50,933 nucleotides of DNA from a virus (Duplodnaviria > Caudoviricetes). Position 1 is the stretch's first letter, and every line of letters starts with the position of its first letter. Below the pieces are notes generated by a model that was not told where the DNA came from, did no database searches, and saw only the letters and a program-made list of their open reading frames with translations. Made by a program: the position numbers and the translations under genes. Below, in pieces: positions 25,737 through 33,312 of this stretch. Location of the stretch: positions 1 through 50,933 of the IMG/VR virus record IMGVR_UViG_3300020042_005652; one strand, given 5' to 3'.

Positions 25737-26585
25737 TTATAGATACATTTTACTATGTTTGTCTGCATTGTCAAGGATCTTTTGTTCCTCGACGAAAGAA
25801 TCTTCCTGTTTATCACATTCATCACAGTATCTTTGCAGTTCAATAAATGGATCTTTATCTGTGGAAAAAACTTTATCAAGAATTGAGTTTGCAATCTTAC
25901 TTTCCAGATCTTCTAGCTGCATTCGCAGTTTAAGATTCTCTTCAATCAATAATTCTGGTTGATGCTCTTCATCAGTCAATTCTCCTAAAGCCTTCAGAGC
26001 AATCATACGACAGGTTTCTGCTTTGCGATTCTTTTTGGCAATTTCTTGTAGTGACTCGATATAATGAGCGCAATGGCGTTTCATATCCTCAAGATCATGT
26101 TCTTTATCAGTTGGCTTATAGTTTGGGACAGTTCGCAAGATGTGGTTCAACATCTCAGTAGTTGTAAGATCTTTCTTTGCGCCAAAGCCAGCATAATATT
26201 TATAGGTCATTTCAATCTCTCCTTGCAGAGCGTCTAATGCTTGGACAGACTTAGCATTTTTATTTATAGATTCTTGACAAATGTATAGTAAATCATTAAT
26301 TTCTTTTTGATATTGTTCAACTGGTTTAACAAAAGCATCAAATTCTTTTTTTGATAGAAACTTGCCATTAACCCACCATTCTTTACGTCCATTAGACCAT
26401 TCATATGCTGGCCCATCGAGCCGATGCTGTTTGCCATCAACAAACCATATTTTACTCCCATCAGCAAATTCGACTGCTGGTCCGTCAAGACGGTGCTGGA
26501 TATGCATTTCCTTTTCTTTATAGAAAGACTTATTTCCGTCTTTATCAATTTTAATGTATTGTTCTTCTGGTGTCATAGTTTTCAT
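25737..26585 (-). CDS. mosaic protein: 2 HRLDGPA repeats fused to helical region
   Basis: N-terminal repeats, unrelated C-terminal ~190 aa. Confidence 0.8.
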   Translation of the reverse strand: MKTMTPEEQYIKIDKDGNKSFYKEKEMHIQHRLDGPAVEFADGSKIWFVDGKQHRLDGPAYEWSNGRKEWWVNGKFLSKKEFDAFVKPVEQYQKEINDLLYICQESINKNAKSVQALDALQGEIEMTYKYYAGFGAKKDLTTTEMLNHILRTVPNYKPTDKEHDLEDMKRHCAHYIESLQEIAKKNRKAETCRMIALKALGELTDEEHQPELLIEENLKLRMQLEDLESKIANSILDKVFSTDKDPFIELQRYCDECDKQEDSFVEEQKILDNADKHSKMYL

Positions 26586-27118
26586 AGGTTAAGTGGTTTC
26601 GACAGAGCGTTAAATTCTTGTTCTGATAGACGCTTACCATCGACCCACCATGATTTACTTCCATCAGCATCCTCAATGGCTGGTCCATCTAGACGATGAC
26701 GTTTACCATCGACATACCATTCTTTACTTCCATCAGCCCATTTAATTGCTGGTCCATCTAGTCGATGACGTTTACCATCAACCCACCATGCTTTATATCC
26801 ACTAGCCCATTTAATTGCTGGTCCATCTAGTCGATGACGTTTACCATCAACCCACCATGCTTTATATCCACTAGCCCATTTAATTGCTGGCTCATCAAGA
26901 CGATGAAGTTTACCATCAACATACCATGCTTTATATCCACTAGCACCTTCAAACGCTGGTCCATCAAGCCGATGAAGTTTATCATCAACCCACCATTTTT
27001 TACCTCCATTAGCATATTCAATTGCTGGTCCATCTAGACGATGACGAATAGTCATCGTTTTGTTTTTGTAATAAAACTTATTACCGTCTTCATCAATTTG
27101 AATATATTGTTCTTCCAT
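26582..27118 (-). CDS. HRLDGPA-repeat protein, 6 repeats, lacks C-cap
   Basis: ends SKPLNL*. Confidence 0.9.
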   Translation of the reverse strand: MEEQYIQIDEDGNKFYYKNKTMTIRHRLDGPAIEYANGGKKWWVDDKLHRLDGPAFEGASGYKAWYVDGKLHRLDEPAIKWASGYKAWWVDGKRHRLDGPAIKWASGYKAWWVDGKRHRLDGPAIKWADGSKEWYVDGKRHRLDGPAIEDADGSKSWWVDGKRLSEQEFNALSKPLNL

Positions 27119-27130
27119 ATTTTTATTATA

Positions 27131-27331
27131 TTAGTGTTCTTTTAATTCGATGCTTGCGCCATACCAGCAGTTGCAGCCCATGGTTCTTTTGGAATCAATC
27201 TCTACAATCTCCAGATTGATTATTTCATTATCTCTTTCAAGATAGAAACTTAGAGAATCATCGAGTGCTGGGTGTGATCCCATTTGACTGGCAATAGCTT
27301 GTAGTTGGGTGATGAATTCGGTTAATTTCAT
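27131..27331 (-). CDS. hypothetical protein
   Basis: ATGA-coupled ORF. Confidence 0.65.
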   Translation of the reverse strand: MKLTEFITQLQAIASQMGSHPALDDSLSFYLERDNEIINLEIVEIDSKRTMGCNCWYGASIELKEH

Positions 27332-27627
27332 GGATACATTTTACTGTGTTTGTCTGCATTGTCAAGAAACTCTTTGGTCTTTTTGTTTCGACACGCAACC
27401 ATCTCTTTAAACTTTCTCAATTGTTCTACGGGTGGTTGTAGTTCATCCCATGATGCTGGAATTGCTTCGGCTAATGAATATGCAGCTTCTCTCCAGCCAT
27501 CACGCTCACGTTCCAACTTTCGTGAGTGTTTGAACATCTGCGCGAAATCTGATCCGCCAACCTCTGGTTTTTTCCAAATGTCATCTCTAAGGTCATCTGT
27601 TTCTGGTGTGTCAGTCATTGTTCCCAT
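27328..27627 (-). CDS. hypothetical protein
   Basis: TDTPETD...RKLERERD phage pattern. Confidence 0.7.
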   Translation of the reverse strand: MGTMTDTPETDDLRDDIWKKPEVGGSDFAQMFKHSRKLERERDGWREAAYSLAEAIPASWDELQPPVEQLRKFKEMVACRNKKTKEFLDNADKHSKMYP

Positions 27628-27968
27628 AGGTTCAGTGTTTTCAAGAAAGCCTCTGCTCGTTGCTCAGCGGTTGCATTCGTAATCCATCCAGCATCATCAT
27701 TGCGGTTATATTCAGCCTCTCCAATAACGATTGAATACAATTCAGATTCAAATCGTTCTTTTTCAGATGGGGATAATTTCAACCAAGCAGCGTGCATTGC
27801 GTTGAGATCCTTTGGGTAGTTAGGGGGCCACGATCTCGCCATGCCCCCTCCGTTGGGGGTCCCCCACAGACGGAACTTAATCTCCTCCCCGTCATAGAGC
27901 ATCACCCTGTCCTCGTAGGTGTAACCTATGGCCAATGCAATGGCTGTAATTTGTTCTTCTGGTGTCAT
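27615..27968 (-). CDS. hypothetical protein
   Basis: PNYPKDLNAMH...ATAEQRAEAFLKTL phage pattern. Confidence 0.75.
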   Translation of the reverse strand: MTPEEQITAIALAIGYTYEDRVMLYDGEEIKFRLWGTPNGGGMARSWPPNYPKDLNAMHAAWLKLSPSEKERFESELYSIVIGEAEYNRNDDAGWITNATAEQRAEAFLKTLNLWEQ

Positions 27969-28015
27969 GGTTTGATTAAAGATTCCAGTGCTGCATCTGT
28001 AATTGTTTCCATAGG

Positions 28016-28228
28016 TTAATGAATATAAATTGCTTCACAGTCAAATGGAAGATCATCATAGTCAGCAACTTCATGCTTACCATAATACCATTCATTGTGT
28101 GCGTTAAGTTTGACTCTGACTTGACCAGCCTGTTTAGCTTCATCAACGCCACCTTCATAGCCGCTAACAATTACCATCAGAGATGGGTCACACAATTGAA
28201 GTTTTTCGATTAGTTCTTTGACTTTCAT
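28016..28228 (-). CDS. hypothetical protein
   Basis: MKVKELIEKLQ..DP...V.GYEGG phage pattern. Confidence 0.75.
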   Translation of the reverse strand: MKVKELIEKLQLCDPSLMVIVSGYEGGVDEAKQAGQVRVKLNAHNEWYYGKHEVADYDDLPFDCEAIYIH

Positions 28229-28249
28229 AACTTTATTATATCAGAGTTC

Positions 28250-28540
28250 CTATTCGGTTCTACCTTCCCAATCAAATGCCCAAATACTAAAGAATGGTAG
28301 ATCCCTCTCTATATCATACACCTCAAGTTCTTCTAACCAAACATACGCAGAGGAAGAATTAAGTTGTGTTTTACGTACAGTATACTCTTGTTCTTTGGTC
28401 AAATATTTTTGATCATCCACAACATTAGTAAACCAGCCATGTTCACAAGGCCACTTGAACGTGATCTTTTGACCATCCTTGGGTAATCCCATCGCTTCTT
28501 TATCGTTTTCAAATACACTCATGTCCATAGTCTTTCTCAT
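28250..28540 (-). CDS. hypothetical protein
   Basis: TTGATA-16-TATACT-N6-ATG. Confidence 0.7.
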   Translation of the reverse strand: MRKTMDMSVFENDKEAMGLPKDGQKITFKWPCEHGWFTNVVDDQKYLTKEQEYTVRKTQLNSSSAYVWLEELEVYDIERDLPFFSIWAFDWEGRTE

Positions 28541-28625
28541 AGCTCAAGTATACTCGATAATTTTTCGTTATCAAGCTTTTTATTTAATTGTTTAACATTC
28601 ATAATTTATTTTTTTAAGTCTTAAG

Positions 28626-28708
28626 AGCTGAAGGTGGGATTCGAACCCACGGTGCGGAAACCATCCTGCTTACAAGGCAGGTGCAATCGACCACTATGCG
28701 ACTTCAGC
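28626..28708 (-). tRNA. tRNA-Thr(UGU) with long variable region
   Basis: GCTGAAG/CTTCAGC acceptor, CCTGC-CTTGTAA-GCAGG, 14-nt variable region, GGTTCGAATCC; no CCA. Confidence 0.8.
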
Positions 28709-28720
28709 GTTATTAAAAAT

Positions 28721-28795
28721 TGGCTCCCAGTTTCTGAATTGAACAGAACTCACACGGATTAACAATCCGGTCGCACGCCTTGTGCGTTACTGGGA
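28721..28795 (-). tRNA. tRNA-Asn(GUU)
   Basis: TCCCAGT/ACTGGGA, loop TTGTTAA, G73, CCA. Confidence 0.8.
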
Positions 28796-28828
28796 ATTAT
28801 AACTTAACTCTATTAGGAGTTATACATT

Positions 28829-28856
28829 ATTTTAGTCTCTTTGTTTGAGATGTCAA
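28829..28856 (-). promoter_or_regulatory. sigma70-type promoter for tRNA-Asn/Thr
   Basis: TTGACA-16-TAAAAT. Confidence 0.7.
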
Positions 28857-28865
28857 CTATAAAAG

Positions 28866-29186
28866 TTATTGAACAGGTGAGTCGCTACTCTCACTTCTTA
28901 CATTTCTCTCTGACATTCTCTGTTGTTCTTTTAAGATATGATTTTCTGTTGCAAAATGCGAGTTTGCTTCTCGAAGATTCTCTAGATCTTTAGGCAAACA
29001 AACCATATCTTTGTGTTTTACTAGCTTATCAGCATAGTCTTGCGCTTCTTTAAGTTGCCCCTCTAGTTCTTCAAGACGATCAGCAGCTTCTGAAATCGCT
29101 AAGTTAGCTACTCTATCTTCCGATTGAATAGCCTCTGCCAAGATTCGCATAGCAGCAACTAATGTTTTTGTATCACTTTTAATCAT
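28866..29186 (-). CDS. hypothetical coiled-coil protein
   Basis: start MIKSD; EAADRLEEL. Confidence 0.7.
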   Translation of the reverse strand: MIKSDTKTLVAAMRILAEAIQSEDRVANLAISEAADRLEELEGQLKEAQDYADKLVKHKDMVCLPKDLENLREANSHFATENHILKEQQRMSERNVRSESSDSPVQ

Positions 29187-29187
29187 A

Positions 29188-29415
29188 TTATTCTTCCCAA
29201 TCTTTAATAAAAAATGCTGGCGTAGAATCCCCAACCCACGCACCAAGTTGATTGAACTCATGAAATTCAACAGCATCTTCATAAGTCATTCCTTCTGCCA
29301 TCAACTTTTCGATCACCGCATCTTGATCATAAAGAAGAAAAGGTTCTGATCCGAATCTAATAACTGCGCCCATGATGCAGTCATCATAGCCATCCATTTT
29401 AATTAGGTTTTCCAT
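29188..29415 (-). CDS. small acidic conserved phage protein
   Basis: DGYDDCIMG...EDAVEFHEFN..GAWVG..TP. Confidence 0.8.
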   Translation of the reverse strand: MENLIKMDGYDDCIMGAVIRFGSEPFLLYDQDAVIEKLMAEGMTYEDAVEFHEFNQLGAWVGDSTPAFFIKDWEE

Positions 29416-29457
29416 TTATTTATATTTTATATTCACAATCAATGCCAACAAGCTTCT

Positions 29458-29751
29458 TCATACATCTAATTCTCTACGTGTCTCAAAATCCCAAGGATCG
29501 ACACCAATCTCTTTCAAACGGGAGTCATATGCATCGCTAGACGCATCATGCGGATCTGGAAGGTTCCAATATCCAAACCATTCGTCCACTTGACCTTCGA
29601 CTCGCAGCCGTGCTTTCTTATCAAAAAGCGTTCGGTTACTTTCGCAATAACCACAGCTACCATGATTGCGGCATGAGCAGTCAAATGCCTTTGAGCCACG
29701 GTATGGCTTGCGCTTTTCTTTCTTATTAAGGATTGCTTTTTCTAATGACAT
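29458..29751 (-). CDS. conserved phage hypothetical protein
   Basis: KEKRKPYRGSKAFD.SCRNHGSCGYC. Confidence 0.75.
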   Translation of the reverse strand: MSLEKAILNKKEKRKPYRGSKAFDCSCRNHGSCGYCESNRTLFDKKARLRVEGQVDEWFGYWNLPDPHDASSDAYDSRLKEIGVDPWDFETRRELDV

Positions 29752-29837
29752 AGTGTGGTGTATTGCCTTACGAGATTATTATACAACAAAAAGACCACTT
29801 GTAAAGTTCTTTTTTCAGTGAAAATGCATATTTTTTA

Positions 29838-30092
29838 TTATCTGCGTCTGTGGTTGAAATTTGCACAGTGTGCGCTGTCACTTACTTGTGTGTATAGATC
29901 CTCAAGTGCTTCATCAAGTGTGAAGTAATTTTTAAGATTAACTTCCCATTCATTGCGTAGGAATGCACCGTTGGTTGGAGTGCCAGTAATCAGCCTCTTA
30001 CCTTTCTTCATTACAGTTGTGGATAGGTAATGTCCGTTAGGCTGTTTGACTTCAATAAGTCCGATTGTCTGATCTTTAATTTGTGTGGTCAT
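29838..30092 (-). CDS. hypothetical protein
   Basis: ORF. Confidence 0.6.
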   Translation of the reverse strand: MTTQIKDQTIGLIEVKQPNGHYLSTTVMKKGKRLITGTPTNGAFLRNEWEVNLKNYFTLDEALEDLYTQVSDSAHCANFNHRRR

Positions 30093-30472
30093 ATGGATAA
30101 TTGTCTGCTAAAGTATCGTGTATGGTATTCAAATAATCTTTAAACTCTTCAGTTTTTAAGGCTTTCAAAGACAAAATCATTTAGATTTGGTTTTTCTGGT
30201 CTGTCACTCATTGTTCAAACATAATTGGTCCACACATAAGTGTAATTAAGGTGAAGAACAATGAAATACTTCCAATTGGAATATAACCGAATTGCAATGC
30301 CATTCCACCCAAAAGTCCTAATAATAGACTACAAATTCCTGTTTTAATATATTTGTTCATTTATGGTTTATCTGCTGTTATTTGTTTTCATTGTGTATAA
30401 GGATTATAAATATTAAAATTATTATAATAATGCACATATTTTAGAATTTTATAAGTTTAATCAAAGGTTGGA

Positions 30473-30498
30473 ACCCCACCCTCATTTCAGGGTGGGGT
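30473..30498. terminator. GC-rich hairpin, probable terminator
   Basis: ACCCCACCCT-N6-AGGGTGGGGT just after stop at 30506; weak U tract. Confidence 0.65.
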
Positions 30499-30505
30499 AT
30501 TTACC

Positions 30506-30760
30506 TTAGAACGATGTCACACCATTCATTCGCATCTCTGTTGCCAGATCACGAACGTCAATGGGATACACTCCAACTGAGTGTTGGTTCTTTTTGATGG
30601 TTGCAGATGCACCACCTCCCAGAATGTGAAACCGCCCATCGGGAAGTTGCACCATGTTTACCGTGAAAAGCTTTGTCCGTTTACGCTGATCAGGGCTACG
30701 TAGCCATTGCTTGTTTTTACGTTCCGATGTTTCTTTTTTCACTTTATTATTTGTTGTCAT
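30506..30760 (-). CDS. small basic protein, paralog of 5088..5330
   Basis: near-identical core; motif promoter and A-rich leader. Confidence 0.85.
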   Translation of the reverse strand: MTTNNKVKKETSERKNKQWLRSPDQRKRTKLFTVNMVQLPDGRFHILGGGASATIKKNQHSVGVYPIDVRDLATEMRMNGVTSF

Positions 30761-30819
30761 ATTATTGTTTTTGTTTGTCTTATTGGAGATACGCATATTG
30801 TATTCTAGTTTTTAAGAGT

Positions 30820-31038
30820 TCACCATACGCAGCACACTTCAAAAGCGTGGTCACATTCTGGACAATTGACTTCCAGATTATTACTGCGTTCAGTATTATG
30901 TGCAGGAATGTTCAACCACCCACGACTATCCCAAAAATCAGGATAATCTAAGAGATTAACATACGTTTCACATTTAGGACAATCACAATTAAGAGCGACT
31001 TCCCATTGGGCTTCTATTGAAGATGGTTGTTGTTTCAC
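30820..31038 (-). CDS. small Zn-ribbon protein
   Basis: CPKC...CPEC. Confidence 0.7.
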   Translation of the reverse strand: MKQQPSSIEAQWEVALNCDCPKCETYVNLLDYPDFWDSRGWLNIPAHNTERSNNLEVNCPECDHAFEVCCVW

Positions 31039-31271
31039 CTTTTCAATGCTTCTATGATTTCTTCCATACCCTGAATGATTTCCACATTATCCCCATCCTC
31101 AATCACCAGACGGGGAACAGCACGAATACCATGTTTGCGGAACCATTCAATGTTTTCGGGATTTGTGTAATCCTTGATCTCTACCTCCAACTTCTCCTTT
31201 TCAATTCGGGATTTGATGGTGTAGCAGGGACCACATGTGTTACTTGTTGCCAATGTAAATATTTTTTTCAT
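31035..31271 (-). CDS. glutaredoxin/thioredoxin-like protein
   Basis: CGPC, GIRAVP, IIQG. Confidence 0.85.
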   Translation of the reverse strand: MKKIFTLATSNTCGPCYTIKSRIEKEKLEVEIKDYTNPENIEWFRKHGIRAVPRLVIEDGDNVEIIQGMEEIIEALKR

Positions 31272-31293
31272 ATTATTTTCAATTCAAAATCTA

Positions 31294-31623
31294 TTAATCC
31301 TCCACGTTCTCCATCTTATAATGACTGTTTGCGGTTGTAATGTAAGTCACTCCATCGCTCTCATCAATTTTCTCTACTTTAGATGTATGCATGATTCCAC
31401 TGACCAACACCCCATTACGGTTCCAGCGTTTAATGATGATAGAGTTCCCAACTTGGACTTCTCCGATAAGCTCTCCCACGACCCAATAATCCACAGGAGG
31501 GGATTTGCCTTCGTTGTATTGTCCCCATGTGCAACGTTCTTGGTCAATACGGTATTCCTCGACAGTGGAAGATTGAATCACTTCACTGTCGGTGTTAATA
31601 TTTATTTTCGTTAATTTTATCAT
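31294..31623 (-). CDS. hypothetical protein
   Basis: TS.V..I...T.NS.Y pattern common in myoviruses. Confidence 0.7.
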   Translation of the reverse strand: MIKLTKININTDSEVIQSSTVEEYRIDQERCTWGQYNEGKSPPVDYWVVGELIGEVQVGNSIIIKRWNRNGVLVSGIMHTSKVEKIDESDGVTYITTANSHYKMENVED

Positions 31624-31627
31624 ATTT

Positions 31628-31849
31628 TTAGTGTAATTCTACTTCTTCTCCCATAATCCATCCCCCATCCTGTTCCCCATGACTACCCCACTCCCAATAA
31701 AGTTCGTTTGGTTTATGTCTATTTCTACCTTTAGCATTGGGATATTCCATACGGACATGTTTACGAAAAGATATTTTATTTTTAAATGCTTCCATAATAA
31801 CACCATCATTCCCAATACCGCCGCATTTTAAAACATATATTTTTGACAT
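31628..31849 (-). CDS. hypothetical protein
   Basis: motif-TACACT-N6-ATG. Confidence 0.7.
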   Translation of the reverse strand: MSKIYVLKCGGIGNDGVIMEAFKNKISFRKHVRMEYPNAKGRNRHKPNELYWEWGSHGEQDGGWIMGEEVELH

Positions 31850-31863
31850 GCTTAGAGTGTATT

Positions 31864-32226
31864 CTAGTTTTTACGGGCTTTCGCCCCCCTTTTAACCACA
31901 TCCACTCTTACCTTGGTAATCCCTTTTTTCAGAAAACCCAACTTATTCGCAGCAGCTTTGGAAAGATCAACGATTCTCCCGCGAACGAATGGACCCCTAT
32001 CCGAACATTTAACCATTACGCTTTTACCATTGGATAAATTAGTGACTTTAGCAATCGTGCCAAATGCAAGTGTTCTGTGAGCAAATGTATATGAATAATC
32101 TCTTAAGGGGATTCCGCTTGCTGTATGCGTCCCCCCGTTCGTTCTAATAGAGTAATGGGATGCGATTCCATATTCTTGAGAGAATCCAATTTTAATTGTC
32201 GCTAGTAAGATTAATAGTATTTTCAT
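31864..32226 (-). CDS. rlpA: RlpA-family lytic transglycosylase (double-psi beta-barrel) with signal peptide
   Basis: GIASHY, TASG, AHRTLAFGT..KVTNL.NGKSV.V...DRGPF..GRIVDLSKAAA..LG. Confidence 0.92.
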   Translation of the reverse strand: MKILLILLATIKIGFSQEYGIASHYSIRTNGGTHTASGIPLRDYSYTFAHRTLAFGTIAKVTNLSNGKSVMVKCSDRGPFVRGRIVDLSKAAANKLGFLKKGITKVRVDVVKRGAKARKN

Positions 32227-32260
32227 AATTTATGTATTTATCAAGGATAATCATGGTATT

Positions 32261-32449
32261 CTAGTTTTTAATAATCCAGTCCATGATCTCCATCTCGAAA
32301 GATTTCCGGTCTGAAATACTCCCTTCTTGCAAGTAGATGAAAGATTCGGGATGTTCCGAATCCCACCCACACCACACCTCAATCACATCTTTATCATTCA
32401 TTAAGAAGGTGTATCCTCCTATTGCCGCTTCGTATTTTTCACTCATCAC
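32261..32449 (-). CDS. hypothetical protein
   Basis: ends IIKN* in motif. Confidence 0.65.
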   Translation of the reverse strand: MMSEKYEAAIGGYTFLMNDKDVIEVWCGWDSEHPESFIYLQEGSISDRKSFEMEIMDWIIKN

Positions 32450-33312
32450 AGTCTATTAATTATTTTTTTCATGATCTGTTTAAATCTGTATGTTGCCTTG
32501 TTGTTGGGAATATTTTTCCAATGCGCGATCAATTCTGCAAACCACTCGGAATGGTTGGTGGCAGAATAATCAGTGGGTAATCCCAACTTCTTGGCGATTG
32601 CCTTTCGATATTTTTCATTTTCAGCACCTTCCAAATTTTCCCGTTTTTTCTGTTTAATGGATCGAAAGAATCCGTCCAACATGTTCTTATATTCTTCCTG
32701 AAGGTATTTTCCCGTTTGCCTAGATACTTTTTTTTCTAGGAAGTGTGCATATTCATGGGCATAAATCTCATAATCATCAGAATACTTCTGATCAATGTAA
32801 ATCAAACGATCCCTATAGACACCAGCAGGATCATCTCCACTTCCTATAATATTGACACCCTTTGTTCTTGGGTTTTTACCACTATCAGTGATAATGAACT
32901 TTGGTTTTCGATTGGGGATAATGTCCTTATAATCACGGATAATTTTTTTGACCGTATTTTCAACAGATCGTAGATTTACGGAACCTTCGGTAAAATTGTA
33001 TGTTGCATATTGGTCGGTGTAAACCTTAATACCAAAGATATTTGATATGATGATCGGTTTTTCGATTTTATCTCTTAAATATAAATCCTTGAGTTCATTT
33101 TCCCTCTCCTTGATCTTGTAATCCTTCCATGTCTGGATACGTTCGGGTTCAACCCCAAGCTTTTCCATCTTACGAATTTTAGATGCGTCCTTTCGGGGTA
33201 ATTTTGATTTCTCATCCTCAACCCATTGCTTATTATTTGACACATCTTCAAGTTCCTTCTTACGAAGAGGATTGCGTTCACGCCTTTCAAATAGTGTTGA
33301 AAACAATTCCAT
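32446..33312 (-). CDS. putative zincin metallopeptidase
   Basis: AGVY, HEYAH (HExxH), Y.ATN..EWFAE third-ligand motif. Confidence 0.7.
   Translation of the reverse strand: MELFSTLFERRERNPLRKKELEDVSNNKQWVEDEKSKLPRKDASKIRKMEKLGVEPERIQTWKDYKIKERENELKDLYLRDKIEKPIIISNIFGIKVYTDQYATYNFTEGSVNLRSVENTVKKIIRDYKDIIPNRKPKFIITDSGKNPRTKGVNIIGSGDDPAGVYRDRLIYIDQKYSDDYEIYAHEYAHFLEKKVSRQTGKYLQEEYKNMLDGFFRSIKQKKRENLEGAENEKYRKAIAKKLGLPTDYSATNHSEWFAELIAHWKNIPNNKATYRFKQIMKKIINRL

Larger units (their letters stand above)
166..32270 (-). promoter_or_regulatory. dispersed family of TAAAAACTAG-N2-(Y)AnnnT-N6-ATG elements (putative phage early/middle promoter and cassette boundary), about 45 copies
   Basis: + strand ctagttttta (or 1-nt variant) at 166,315,519,738,980,1147,1464,1680,1964,2296,2526,2622,2850,3287,3586,3773,4013,4498,4723,5035,5627,5848,6637,6895,7143,7356,8732,8937,9128,10260,10554,11028,11601,12433,12893,13168,13444,13927,15552,15767,19885,22663,30805,31864,32261; all in one orientation. 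Confidence 0.9.

Noticed and set aside
13175-27118. Diversity-generating retroelement acting on HRLDGPA repeats
   Set aside because: Many variable codons are NNT, but TGG and CAG variants and AT-rich codon bias explain this equally; no reverse transcriptase or non-coding template repeat in the window.
28866-28930. Second degenerate attC at the end of ORF 28866-29186
   Set aside because: Ends in a GTT-like box but the arms do not pair convincingly.
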